A program made the position numbers and the translations under genes. Under the pieces are notes generated by a model that saw only the letters and a list, made by a program, of their open reading frames with translations, did no database searches and was not told where the DNA came from. From Candidatus Bathyarchaeia archaeon (GTDB lineage Archaea > Thermoproteota > Bathyarchaeia > Bathyarchaeales > Bathycorpusculaceae), in the NCBI GenBank assembly GCA_050010755.1, contig JBEKKK010000001.1, forward strand, positions 896,001-960,000: DNA of 64,000 nt, written 5' to 3'. Numbering within the stretch: position 1 is the first letter of the stretch; every line of letters begins with the position of its first letter. This document shows, one piece after another, positions 8,878 to 19,066 of this stretch.

Positions 8878-11331
8878 ATGTTCGAGGAGAAACCCCAGCT
8901 GACAGAAAAAGGGTCGCCTTTTGATCAGATGAAAGTTGACGAGGTGCTTAGTTCACTGGGTTCAGACTCAAACAAAGGGCTCAAAACGTCCGATGTCGAG
9001 GCCAAGCTAAGACAGTATGGGTATAATGAAGTTCCTGAAAAGAAGATTAGCCCTTGGGTGACGTTTGCAAAGAAGTTCTGGGGTCTTACTGCTTGGATGC
9101 TTGAGTTCATAATAATCTTTTCGTTGATTCTGGGCAACTACGCGGACCTTTACATTGTGACGGGGCTTCTGGTATTCAATTCGATTTTGGGTTTTGTAGA
9201 GGAGCAGAGAGCATCCGGCGTAGTGGAAGCATTGAAGCAGAAACTGCAGGTCACCGCTAGAGTTCTTAGAGATGGCACGTGGAGAAACTTGCCCGCGAGA
9301 GAATTGGTTCCCGGCGACATACTTCGGACGCGTTCCGGCGACTTCGTTCCAGCTGATGTGAAGATAATGGAAGGCGAGCTTGAAGTCGACCAATCAGCTT
9401 TGACAGGAGAATCGCTCCTTGCCGAAAAGAAGCCAGATGGCATTCTCTATTCGGGCTCGGTTGTGAAGAGGGGCGAGGCCAACGGAATCGTAATCTCGAC
9501 AGGAGTTAAGACCTATTTTGGGAGAACCGCTCAACTCGTTCAGCTTGCACGGCCAAAACTGCATCTGGAAGACGTCATCTCGAACGTTGTCAAGTGGTTA
9601 TTGGTGATAGTCATCACGTTGATAGCCGTACTCGTTGTTTTTTCTTTGGCAGAGGCAAAAGATCCGACGAAATTGTTGCCCATAGTCTTGGTCCTCTTGT
9701 TGTCCGCGATACCTGTCGCTTTGCCTGCGATGTTCACGGTCAGCATGGCTTTGGGCTCCATGGAACTCGCCAAGAAGGGCGTTTTGGTGACTCGCCTGAG
9801 CGCTTCAGAGGACGCGGCCACTATGAACGTTCTCTGCGCAGACAAGACGGGCACGATAACCATGAATAGGCTGTCGGTCGCGAAAATAATTCCGCTGAAC
9901 AAATTTGCTGAACAACAGGTCATCCTCTACGGAGCTCTGGCCTCTCAGGAGGCAAATCAGGACCCGATAGACATGGCGTTTATAAACGTGGCAAAACAGC
10001 AGAATCTCTTGGATCCGTCATTTAAACAGAAAAGTTTCACTCCTTTTGATCCGAAGACGCGCAGAACCGAAGCTTCGCTTGAGGAAAACGGTCGGGAACT
10101 GCGGGTAATGAAGGGAGCAGTGGATGTGATTGCCGCGGCTTGCAGACTTGAGAAGAGTGCTATCGCTCAGCTCGAGACGAGCATGAATGAATTTGCTGAA
10201 AAGGGCTACAGAACGCTCGCCGTCGCCAAGACCGACGATGAGAAGGGGGCTGAGCTCGTGGGTTTAGTGGCGCTTCGAGACACGCCTAGGCCTGATTCAA
10301 AACGCCTGATAGGAGAACTCAGAGAATTGAGCATCTCGGTCAAAATGCTGACAGGCGACGCTCTTCCAATCGCGAAAGAAATCGCGGCCGACGTTGGACT
10401 GGGAGATAGGGTCATCAAAGCAGCAGACCTGAAAGAATCCATAAAAGAAAACCCCATAGAAGCCACGCTTGCAGCAGACAAGAGTGACGGGTTCGCTGAA
10501 GTTTATCCTGAAGATAAATACACGATTGTCAGGAGCCTTCAAGCCACAAGACACGTGGTAGGTATGACTGGCGACGGAGTGAACGATGCGCCGGCGCTCA
10601 GACAGGCAGAAGTGGGCATAGCCGTCAGCAACGCGACAGACGTGGCAAAAGGTGCGGCCAGCGTCGTGCTAACAAACGAAGGGCTAACGGGCATCGTGGA
10701 TCTTATCAAGCATGGAAGAATCATCTACGAGAGGATAACCGCGTGGATACTCAGCAAAATAGTCCGAACCCTGCAAATAGCTACATTCGTGGTCATAGCC
10801 TTCCTCCTGACAGGAGACTACGTCGTCTCGGCATTCGTGATAATACTCTATTTCTTCATGACGGACTTCGTGAAGATAGCGCTGTCCACAGATAACCAGA
10901 AATCGTCCAAAAAACCCGATGCTTGGAATGTAGCCAGTTTAGTGAAGGTTTCCACAATTCTTAGCTCGCTCGTCATCGGGGAATCGTTTGCCCTGCTCTA
11001 TGCCGGACTGAACATTTTCCATCTTACCGTGGCCGATCAGACTCTCTACACGTTCACATTCGAGATCCTGTTCTACTCCGCGATGTTCCTAATATTCAAC
11101 GTCAGAGAAAGAGGACACTTCTGGAACTCCAGACCCAGCAGAACCCTGTTCATCGCAATAATACTGAGCATGATCGCAGCAACCATAGTAACGACAACTG
11201 GGCTTCCAGGACTCGTACCAATACCCATCGGCGAGACTCTCTTCGTATTATCCAGCTCCGCAGCCTTCTCACTGATACTGAATGATGCAGTCAAATACCT
11301 CATAGTGGAAAAAACAGAAATCAGATGGTAA
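8878..11331 (+). CDS. second P-type (P3A) H+-ATPase
   Basis: TGES, AIPVALP, DKTGT, MLTGD, GDGVNDAP and TM6 FMTD. Confidence 0.9.
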   Translation: MFEEKPQLTEKGSPFDQMKVDEVLSSLGSDSNKGLKTSDVEAKLRQYGYNEVPEKKISPWVTFAKKFWGLTAWMLEFIIIFSLILGNYADLYIVTGLLVFNSILGFVEEQRASGVVEALKQKLQVTARVLRDGTWRNLPARELVPGDILRTRSGDFVPADVKIMEGELEVDQSALTGESLLAEKKPDGILYSGSVVKRGEANGIVISTGVKTYFGRTAQLVQLARPKLHLEDVISNVVKWLLVIVITLIAVLVVFSLAEAKDPTKLLPIVLVLLLSAIPVALPAMFTVSMALGSMELAKKGVLVTRLSASEDAATMNVLCADKTGTITMNRLSVAKIIPLNKFAEQQVILYGALASQEANQDPIDMAFINVAKQQNLLDPSFKQKSFTPFDPKTRRTEASLEENGRELRVMKGAVDVIAAACRLEKSAIAQLETSMNEFAEKGYRTLAVAKTDDEKGAELVGLVALRDTPRPDSKRLIGELRELSISVKMLTGDALPIAKEIAADVGLGDRVIKAADLKESIKENPIEATLAADKSDGFAEVYPEDKYTIVRSLQATRHVVGMTGDGVNDAPALRQAEVGIAVSNATDVAKGAASVVLTNEGLTGIVDLIKHGRIIYERITAWILSKIVRTLQIATFVVIAFLLTGDYVVSAFVIILYFFMTDFVKIALSTDNQKSSKKPDAWNVASLVKVSTILSSLVIGESFALLYAGLNIFHLTVADQTLYTFTFEILFYSAMFLIFNVRERGHFWNSRPSRTLFIAIILSMIAATIVTTTGLPGLVPIPIGETLFVLSSSAAFSLILNDAVKYLIVEKTEIRW

Positions 11332-11481
11332 ATCTCATGATAACGGCCCAACAGAAGCGGTGCGCACAATAACCTTGAGAAACAAACTCGCCAAAGGCAT
11401 AAATTTCGCCGAACCGCTGCTGTCTCCGAAAAAGGAAAAGTTCATCTACAAGATGGCAAGTAACGGTTCAGGGGAAAATTT

Positions 11482-11931
11482 TTGAAACAAGGCAAGAAAA
11501 CGGTTCTCGTGGTCGACGATGACGAAACAGTTCTGAAAAGCATAAGCAAGTATCTAGCCTCCAAGGGTTATGGCGTAGAAACTGCCACGACTGGACGCGA
11601 AGCAGTGGAAAAGTCTAACAAATGTTTCATCAACCTGGCAATCTTGGACATCAGACTTCCGGACATGGATGGAACGGAACTTCTGACGAGGATGATTGAA
11701 ACTGAGCCTAAGATGAAGAAGATTATGCTCACCGGGTACCCGAGCGTGGAAAACGCGGCTGAATCCGTCAACAAACAGGCGGACGCTTACATTCTCAAGC
11801 CTGTTGATCTGAAGAAACTCTTCAGAGTCATAGAACAGAAGCTAGTGGAACAGGAACAAGAATTGAAAATGGACCGTAAGCGACTTATAACCTACATAAA
11901 GAGCCGAGACAAAGAACAGGGCGACACTTAA
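11482..11931 (+). CDS. response regulator receiver protein
   Basis: VVDDD, LDIRLPDMDG, LTG and KP motifs. Confidence 0.9.
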   Translation: MKQGKKTVLVVDDDETVLKSISKYLASKGYGVETATTGREAVEKSNKCFINLAILDIRLPDMDGTELLTRMIETEPKMKKIMLTGYPSVENAAESVNKQADAYILKPVDLKKLFRVIEQKLVEQEQELKMDRKRLITYIKSRDKEQGDT

Positions 11932-12066
11932 ACTGCCTCTCAGTAGAAGAAATGCGATGCTTGGTCTTATGACGCCCGAACAATTCAATGTCACATGTCG
12001 CACAAGAATGTCTCTTTTTCAAATCTGCAAGGTTTAAATTTTAAACAAATCAACCAAAATTCTACT

Positions 12067-12212
12067 GCGGTCACCAACCCTGCGCTGTGACGCTCAATCC
12101 TTCTCCCTCTCTTCAACATCCATCCTTCTACACAACCTCACACGCGTGCAGGAACATACGCGCACATGGACTGGGATGTGAGAGGGTGAAGAAGGACAAA
12201 GCCAGCGCGCTA
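12067..12212 (+). ncRNA. candidate structured non-coding RNA (long interrupted hairpin)
   Basis: Nested complementary blocks GCGCTG/CAGCGC, TCCTTCT/AGAAGGA, CCCTCTC/GAGAGGG and ACATCC/GGATGT. A TATA-like TTTAAA lies at about 12033. Confidence 0.4.
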
Positions 12213-12244
12213 GCTAATTTTCCGTAAAACTTGACAGGTCATCT

Positions 12245-15200
12245 TTATCCTTTTAGCCAGCCCTTGATTCCAAGTTCGCTGACCTTGAGGGTCAGTGGCT
12301 CAGGCTGGTGCGATTTGTAATTTCCGTTTTCGTCGAGATACAGTACCGTGGGTTTAAGTGAGAACTCGCCTTGAACTTTCGGCTTGAGTTTAAGCTTCAC
12401 TTCTTCGGTTTTCAAGGGGTCAAGTCGTTTTCCTTTCATGTTCAAATAGCTGTCTTCCACCCTGTAGACTTCGGGTTTTTCTGCCAGTTCGAAGCCTTTC
12501 GGGATGAGCTCGGTGATTTTCATCAACAGCGCAGGGCCTTTTCCTGCATTGACAAGCTCTATTTCCAAGTCCAAATTTTCACCCACGTTTAGCTGTTTTT
12601 GGCGGGAAATGATGTTTGCCTGTATGTTAGCGTTCTCAAACTTCTCAATACCCACAGCATTCTCATGACTCGGAGCAGGCGTACTGAACGCCGTCGTTGT
12701 AGAGACAATTGTAGGAGTGTGTAACACCTCACTGAGGGACATAGCCAGCTCTTGTTCTTCTTTCACTTTGTCAAGGAGTCTCAGAACCTGTTCTCTCTTT
12801 TCTGGGTGTTCAGCTTTCATGAAAGAGCCCGCGGAAGTTTGCAGGATTTTTTGGGCCATTGCAAACAGTTTTGTTTTTCTTTCAGGGTCAGCTTCTTTCT
12901 TTGCGTTGTTGATGTTTGAGTAGGCGTCTAGAAGCAGTTCGGTTGCTTTGGCGTATTCCGAAGCGCTCTGAATGCCAGCTTTCACGTAGTATCTTGCGGC
13001 GCTTTCCAATTGCTGAATGGCGATGTTGTGGAGTTTTTCGTCCGCCGTGTCGGAAAATTCCATTCCAGCTTCAAGTGCTCTGCAGAAGCGACTGTGCCCC
13101 AGTGCTAGCGTCTTTGCTTTCTCGTTGGGGCTAAGCTCTTTGGCCTTCTCAAATAGCTGAGATGCTTCCGCGTATAAACCTGGCGATTCCTCGGCTTCAG
13201 CCTTGGTCATTTTTGCCCAAGCTTGAGAGAGAGTTGCGATAAGTTTGAACTCCTTCTTGTCCTGCTCTGTTTCTACAGCTTCCTGTATGCCTTCGAGGAT
13301 TTCAGCTGCTGAACTGTACTTCTCGGAGCTTGAAAAGTGATCTCCCTTCTTGTCAAAGATTTTGGCTTCTTCAACTGCGACTCGTGCTATGCAGTATTTA
13401 TGTCTCAGGTCGGTAGCCTTCAACATTTCTTCTGCCATCTCTTTTTCATCGGCGTCCTCGATCGTTGGCAACTGGTTTTCCAGAGACTTTCTGGTTTCCT
13501 CTAGAAGTGTGGAAGCTGTCTCAAAGGCTTGAAGAGCTTCTTCACTGTTCTCTTTCCTGCTCAGTTCTTCTGCTTTGTCAAGCTTTGCCCATGCTGAATA
13601 GTTAGGTGCGAGATAGTTCCATCGTTTCAATGATTTGTGAAGACCTGCGGCTTTGTCAAAATGCTCTTCTGCCATTTTATATTCTTGTTTCTGATGATGA
13701 AATCTTGCTTTTTCAATTTCGCTCCAAGCTTGCATGTACAGCGCATGGTCGCCGTAGAAGCCTTTGAGCTGTGGGAACTTCTCTAATGCCGAAGCGTAGC
13801 TCCGTGATGCACACTCAAAATCCTGAGCGGCTGCCAAATGGTCTCCAAGCTTGTCATATACTTGTGCTCTTCTCCAACAATTCTCCGCTATTCTACTCAC
13901 CAAGCTGAGCTTTTGATAGGATTCGGTTGAAGCGTCATAACTCTGTACCGCTTTTTTCAGATGCTCCTTCTCGCCCGTTAATTCGTACAAACGAACAAGC
14001 GCGCGTGCATATCCATGTTGCAGTGCTCCCACGGTTACGAAGAGAGAGGTCCCCGAGCCTTTCTTAATCATGTACGTCAATTCTCTGATGCACAACTCGA
14101 TTGCTTTCTGCTTGTCGGCCACTGCAGCCACGAGCAAAGCCTTCTTTTTCTCCGAGTCCTCGGTCACTTCAGCAAGTTCATATTCAACGTTTCCCAACGA
14201 ACTTCGCATGACACCAATATTCCAGTATTGAAAAGGGACAAGGCACTCTTGAATTCCCTTGGCTTTATTTATGTAAACGAGGGCTTCTTCAAGACCTTTT
14301 TTTCTTTCCACAAGCTCTGCTTCGAATTTGGTGAGCCTGTGGCAAAGCCAGCCTCCCCCACCATACCAAGCCATCATGATTTCCGGATAACCAGATTCTT
14401 CCCACACCTTTCGATTGCGCAGACCCCACTGGAAAGCCTCTTCAAGTAAGGCTCTTTTTTTCTTCGGATCAGTCTCAACGTCAACTTGAAAATAGAGACG
14501 GCTCTGTTCAATTCCTGCTCTAGTCCAGGCAAGATCGCCGCGGGGGCTTACGAAAGGCACCTTGCTGAACTCGCACAGTGATTCCTCTGCATATTTTAGA
14601 CACCTTTCAATGGCGCGCTCTTTCTCAGCTGGATCATCGGTTCCCTCAAGCTTCCATGCAGTGTGGTAGACGAGCCAATCTAATGCGCAACCGATAATGA
14701 ACTTGTCATTCATCTTTTTGCCGTATTCTAACGCTTTCGTACAGTTTTCAAACGCTTGATCGGAGCCTTCCAAGCCGAAGAAAACTTGGCCTCCAAAAAC
14801 GGGATACACAGACTCGGTCATCGCTATTTGTTCAGAAAGCTGTTTGGCTTTGCCCCAATAGTTGAGGCCTTCCAGTCGATACTTCTCCCTTTCATTAATG
14901 TCTCTGAAGTTGTAGCTGAAAACTCCTAGAAAAACGACGGTTCGGGCGTAGGCCATCGCAAGTTGGCAAGCATCCCCAGAGGTTGAGAGGAATTCTATTG
15001 CCATCTCGCCCGACTTCACTGCCTCTTGTATTACCTCTTCGCGGGATTTGAAATCGGGTTCACGGGTAAATAGAAAAATCGCTGCGTCTGAAAGTTGGAG
15101 GTATGTCTTCACAAATTCACTTCGTTCCTCTATCTTTTCGAATGCTCGCATACTCCCAGTTGCGAGCTTCCAGCATTCATCCAACCATTTCTTCTTTTCA

Positions 15201-15556
15201 GAACTGTCAGACGCCAACCAATGCTCAATGTATGCGTTGGTAGCATTGCATCGAAGACCTTTGGCATTCGCCTTCTCAGAGCCATTGATCCTTTCGTAAG
15301 CCTCAAGAGCCTTTCCATAGTGAGCAGCAGCCTTGTTCATCCTGTTCGTGAACTCGTTCACATTTTCGGCCTGCATCGCAGCTTTGCGGAAGGCATAACC
15401 TAAGCGCTCGTGGAGATCGCCTGAGCTTGAGAAATTCTGTGCCGATATTGAGTCCAATACTTTCGCGTAATTCTCAGCCGCGCCTAGCCAATCATACTCT
15501 TTTTCCTTTATTTTGGCCTGAGTCAGGATTGCATCGGCGCTAGATGTGTTTGACAT
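12245..15556 (-). CDS. large TPR/alpha-solenoid protein with C-terminal Ig-like (BatD/CARDB-like) domain
   Basis: About 1000 aa of A..Y..A helical repeats, then a beta-rich VGENLDLEIELVNAGKGPA... domain. The ORF extends to 15622. Confidence 0.75.
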   Translation of the reverse strand: MSNTSSADAILTQAKIKEKEYDWLGAAENYAKVLDSISAQNFSSSGDLHERLGYAFRKAAMQAENVNEFTNRMNKAAAHYGKALEAYERINGSEKANAKGLRCNATNAYIEHWLASDSSEKKKWLDECWKLATGSMRAFEKIEERSEFVKTYLQLSDAAIFLFTREPDFKSREEVIQEAVKSGEMAIEFLSTSGDACQLAMAYARTVVFLGVFSYNFRDINEREKYRLEGLNYWGKAKQLSEQIAMTESVYPVFGGQVFFGLEGSDQAFENCTKALEYGKKMNDKFIIGCALDWLVYHTAWKLEGTDDPAEKERAIERCLKYAEESLCEFSKVPFVSPRGDLAWTRAGIEQSRLYFQVDVETDPKKKRALLEEAFQWGLRNRKVWEESGYPEIMMAWYGGGGWLCHRLTKFEAELVERKKGLEEALVYINKAKGIQECLVPFQYWNIGVMRSSLGNVEYELAEVTEDSEKKKALLVAAVADKQKAIELCIRELTYMIKKGSGTSLFVTVGALQHGYARALVRLYELTGEKEHLKKAVQSYDASTESYQKLSLVSRIAENCWRRAQVYDKLGDHLAAAQDFECASRSYASALEKFPQLKGFYGDHALYMQAWSEIEKARFHHQKQEYKMAEEHFDKAAGLHKSLKRWNYLAPNYSAWAKLDKAEELSRKENSEEALQAFETASTLLEETRKSLENQLPTIEDADEKEMAEEMLKATDLRHKYCIARVAVEEAKIFDKKGDHFSSSEKYSSAAEILEGIQEAVETEQDKKEFKLIATLSQAWAKMTKAEAEESPGLYAEASQLFEKAKELSPNEKAKTLALGHSRFCRALEAGMEFSDTADEKLHNIAIQQLESAARYYVKAGIQSASEYAKATELLLDAYSNINNAKKEADPERKTKLFAMAQKILQTSAGSFMKAEHPEKREQVLRLLDKVKEEQELAMSLSEVLHTPTIVSTTTAFSTPAPSHENAVGIEKFENANIQANIISRQKQLNVGENLDLEIELVNAGKGPALLMKITELIPKGFELAEKPEVYRVEDSYLNMKGKRLDPLKTEEVKLKLKPKVQGEFSLKPTVLYLDENGNYKSHQPEPLTLKVSELGIKGWLKG

Positions 15557-15731
15557 GTTATCAGACTGAAATCTAGGTACCATTAAGTATCTGAAAAGCC
15601 TTTTCATGAATGACGTTTTCAATGGATACGCACGGGGACTTTTGAAGCGTGGTTTTTCGCATAACTAAGTAGCGACGCGGTGCCATAAGTCAGAGCGCTC
15701 GCTTTCTTGGAAGTACGCGCCTTAATTGTCG

Positions 15732-15760
15732 CTCATTAGTGAGAATTCATACAGTTTAAA
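15732..15760 (+). promoter_or_regulatory. palindromic operator (CTCATTAGTGAG) plus TATA box of the fibre operon
   Basis: Near-perfect palindrome just upstream of CAGTTTAAA, homologous to the promoter at 24321-24401. Confidence 0.5.
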
Positions 15761-15825
15761 ACAAAACGTCCTGTCTTCTATCATTAGATATCCGAGTCTG
15801 ATTTGAACTCTGCGGGTCGTAATAA

Positions 15826-16344
15826 ATGACATATCCTGCACAGATACCACCAGAACTCTTTGCTCTCGTAGGCGTTTTCCTATTCCTAGCGCTTAGCCTG
15901 TTGACCTACCTCGGCGAGGATAGATTTCCGAAGAAGCTTCCTTACATCTATCAGGTGGCGGCTTTCTTTGGTCTTCTTTCTCTTGTGGCAAGCAGGTTTG
16001 TTTTTCCAGGGCTCGGGGAATCCACGCGGCTTTGGTATTGCTATGGTTACCTCATCGCGGTATTGGTGAATGTTATAGGTACAAACATCTACCTCACAGT
16101 GCCCAAACGACAGTATAAAACATCGAGAAAGTGGTCAGCAGTTGTCACTTTCCCTTCAATTCTGATCAGCTCATATCTTGTTGCTCAGTATGGCCTTTCG
16201 CAAGCTTCCTTGGTGTCTTCAATTGAGCAAATAACCGTGGTGGTTTCCTGTGTTGCTATGGCAACGTGCGCTGGCATTCTTGTTTTCAAGCGAATTTCGC
16301 ACGCACTATTTCATAACGTCCACGTAGGGGAGGTGACAAAGTGA
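15826..16344 (+). CDS. membrane protein (about 5 TM)
   Basis: Hydrophobic segments; the stop codon overlaps the next start (GTGA). Confidence 0.7.
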   Translation: MTYPAQIPPELFALVGVFLFLALSLLTYLGEDRFPKKLPYIYQVAAFFGLLSLVASRFVFPGLGESTRLWYCYGYLIAVLVNVIGTNIYLTVPKRQYKTSRKWSAVVTFPSILISSYLVAQYGLSQASLVSSIEQITVVVSCVAMATCAGILVFKRISHALFHNVHVGEVTK

Positions 16345-16910
16345 ATCTGAGAAAAGCATTGTCTAAGAAGTATGTCAAATTCATTATTCTTGTTGCATTG
16401 GCTGCACTCATTGGCACTGCAAGTGCTGCTGTCTATTACTCGGTATTAATGCAGCCAAGTGTGACGATAACTGGCGCGACAGTGATTTTTGTTTCGGGAA
16501 ACGACTTTCCCACAGGATCTACCATGGGAACCAACTCAACGTGGGTCTACCTTGCCCTAAAGGCATATCCTAACGCTACTCTAACTTATGATCAACCGCT
16601 CAACATCAGCAATACGGATGCTGCATCTCACAATTTCAGACTACGCAACGTTTCGATCACGCCCGCTTCAGGAACCGCTTCAGTCAGTAACTTCACGGCC
16701 ATCAACTTCTTTGTCGAAAACACAGCCGGAGCCGTACAAGCTAACTTCTACTACAACACCACAGGCACCACTTGGAACACTCCAGCCACAACGGGGTATA
16801 TGACATTACCTGCAAGCACCACATGGATAGTCATGGTGCAGACGACGGCGGCCCCTGGTGCTAGTAGCACAGTCGCAGCAAGCCTAGTGATATCAGTAGA
16901 CGTGCAGTAG
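16341..16910 (+). CDS. secreted beta-rich fibre/pilin-like subunit (copy 1)
   Basis: Basic N-terminus, hydrophobic helix and GTASA|AVYY cleavage-like site. Thr/Ser-rich with many N-x-S/T sequons. GGAGGTGA SD. Confidence 0.7.
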   Translation: MNLRKALSKKYVKFIILVALAALIGTASAAVYYSVLMQPSVTITGATVIFVSGNDFPTGSTMGTNSTWVYLALKAYPNATLTYDQPLNISNTDAASHNFRLRNVSITPASGTASVSNFTAINFFVENTAGAVQANFYYNTTGTTWNTPATTGYMTLPASTTWIVMVQTTAAPGASSTVAASLVISVDVQ

Positions 16911-16953
16911 TTCACCTTCCATTTTTCCTCTAGTCTGATACGGAAGATCGAAT

Positions 16954-18969
16954 ATGGAAACGCGTCGCAAGCGGAAGCGTTTCTCATTTGTCGTTTTCAT
17001 AGTGCTAACTTTGTTTCTTGTCACGGGTCTTTTTAGCTCGGATGTTTTTGCTGCAGCTCACGATTCATTCCTAAACCAGCCCAGCACAACAATTGCTGCA
17101 CCTCCTGTTCTTTTGTATGCTGGCACAGCTGGCACCAGCACCATTTACGCGAACAGTACGAGCGCAATGGTCAACGTTGCGGCTCCAGAAAATCAGTATG
17201 TCACTCAGCAAAGCAACGTTGACGGAGTAGGAGACGTGGGCACTCACTCGAACTTTACTGCTCAACAGTATGGTCCCGACAATATTTACGACAACCTAAC
17301 CGAAGCAAACACAAATGCAGCAGCTCCTTACATCCCTATCACGTTCAATAACACCGTATCATCAGCTACTCCGAACCCGTTCCAAGAAGAGATAACCTGG
17401 AATCCCTCCAGCTACACGAGTTACGAAGCATCCAACTTGGGCAACATCCGATTCTATAATGACAGCGGCTTTACTACACCTCTGTACGCGTGGCTCGAAT
17501 CCTGCACCCCTTCACTGTCTAATGCAGCTACCAATGCCACAGCATGGATCAAACTGACCACCCAAATAGCTGGAAACGGAGGCACCCAAACGATTTACAT
17601 GGCGTTTCTCTCCACAGCTACGAGTTTTGACGGCAGTTACTGGGGAGTCGCGCCCAACCTGTCAAGCCCCTACGGCCAATACGACAACGGAGCAAACGTA
17701 TTCAGCTTCTACGACAACTTTACTGGGACAAGCCTTAACTCCCGATGGACAATATTCGGTTCGTCACAAGGAACGGTATCAGTCAACAACGGCGTCACCC
17801 TCACATCGTCTTCTTCGACTCTTTCCATAGGCATATTTGCATCATACACACCACCAACAACGGGTATAGTCACAGAAACATACTTCAATGCCACAAGCCC
17901 CACGGCGGGATACAGAATCTTTGACGGATACGGCATGACAAGCACATCAACAGCAGAACAGAACGGGTATATAGGCATCCTTCAAGCGGGTGGCGGAAGC
18001 ACCCTCAGACTGAGTAAGATGGTATCTGGAACCCAGACCACCCTCGTCTCCGCTACAGACGCTTTGACCGCGGGCAACAACTACACAAGCAGTCTTCTGT
18101 GGCAAAGTAGCACTCTAACTATGGCTGATTTAACCAATAGCCATTCATCATCTACCACCGACACTACCTACAGTCTTTCCACAATGACTCAAGTCGCAAT
18201 GGCACTAGGCGCCACCAGCGGAACCAAGTATGTCACCTTCTGGTTCAGGGTGAGGCAAAGCCCTCCAAGCGGAGTGATGCCGACCACCTCTTTCGGCAGC
18301 GTGGCTTCCTCGAGTCCAAACTACAAGCTTGACATTGAAGAACAATGGACAAACACAAACACAACAGCCACGAACGAGGAACTTGACATTTACACTGGAG
18401 CCTTCAGCACTCCAGCATCAATCCTGTCAGTTCAATGGTATAACACCACCAGCAGCTCTTGGCTCACAATAATCAGTTCACTAAATGCAAGCACTTGGAA
18501 CAATGTTACCGTGGTCAATTATCTCACGTCTTCAACGTTCACAATACAGTTTGTGAACACCACAACTGGAGCGACTCAAAGTTGGTGGCAAATAGATTGC
18601 GCACTTCTGCACATTTGGACAACTTCAACTTATGACCCTGTTCTCAATGTTGTCAACCAAGTGACAACTGCTTGGAATGTGAGCTTGCAAGTCTACGGCA
18701 GCTCAAACATTGCCCGCCTATCAAGCGCGGCCATAAGTTTGCACGACGGCACCTCGAGCCAGCAAATAGTCGTCAACGGCGGAAGTATAGTTCAGTCGCA
18801 AGGAGCATTGTTCAACCTTCTGGGAGGCTCAGGCACCACTATATACGTGAGCATCAGCAACCTCTTAGCAAACTCGACCGGAACGTCGTATCTGTATGCC
18901 TATCTGGAAATCCTTACGCCAAACACGTCCACCTTCTTAGCCTACGCAGTAACCTTCGCAATTACTTGA
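16954..18969 (+). CDS. secreted adhesin-like protein: pilin-like scaffold with inserted jelly-roll and DUF2341/ConA-like domains
   Basis: Signal peptide and DUF2341-type motifs (NIRFY..PLYAWLES..WIKL, YDNGANVFSFYDNF). N- and C-terminal parts resemble 16341..16910. Confidence 0.7.
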   Translation: METRRKRKRFSFVVFIVLTLFLVTGLFSSDVFAAAHDSFLNQPSTTIAAPPVLLYAGTAGTSTIYANSTSAMVNVAAPENQYVTQQSNVDGVGDVGTHSNFTAQQYGPDNIYDNLTEANTNAAAPYIPITFNNTVSSATPNPFQEEITWNPSSYTSYEASNLGNIRFYNDSGFTTPLYAWLESCTPSLSNAATNATAWIKLTTQIAGNGGTQTIYMAFLSTATSFDGSYWGVAPNLSSPYGQYDNGANVFSFYDNFTGTSLNSRWTIFGSSQGTVSVNNGVTLTSSSSTLSIGIFASYTPPTTGIVTETYFNATSPTAGYRIFDGYGMTSTSTAEQNGYIGILQAGGGSTLRLSKMVSGTQTTLVSATDALTAGNNYTSSLLWQSSTLTMADLTNSHSSSTTDTTYSLSTMTQVAMALGATSGTKYVTFWFRVRQSPPSGVMPTTSFGSVASSSPNYKLDIEEQWTNTNTTATNEELDIYTGAFSTPASILSVQWYNTTSSSWLTIISSLNASTWNNVTVVNYLTSSTFTIQFVNTTTGATQSWWQIDCALLHIWTTSTYDPVLNVVNQVTTAWNVSLQVYGSSNIARLSSAAISLHDGTSSQQIVVNGGSIVQSQGALFNLLGGSGTTIYVSISNLLANSTGTSYLYAYLEILTPNTSTFLAYAVTFAIT

Positions 18970-19066
18970 GCGCACACGTGCTCAGGTTTAGAAAGAATCG
19001 CCATTTTGAATTCATAACGTTTTTCAACTTTGCATGCATCGATTGAATAGTGGAGCGTGATTATTT

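Noticed and set aside
4521-11369. Numerous antisense and alternate-frame ORFs over the ATPase and CLC genes (and similarly elsewhere)
   Set aside because: Shadow ORFs of well-supported genes, with no motifs of their own.
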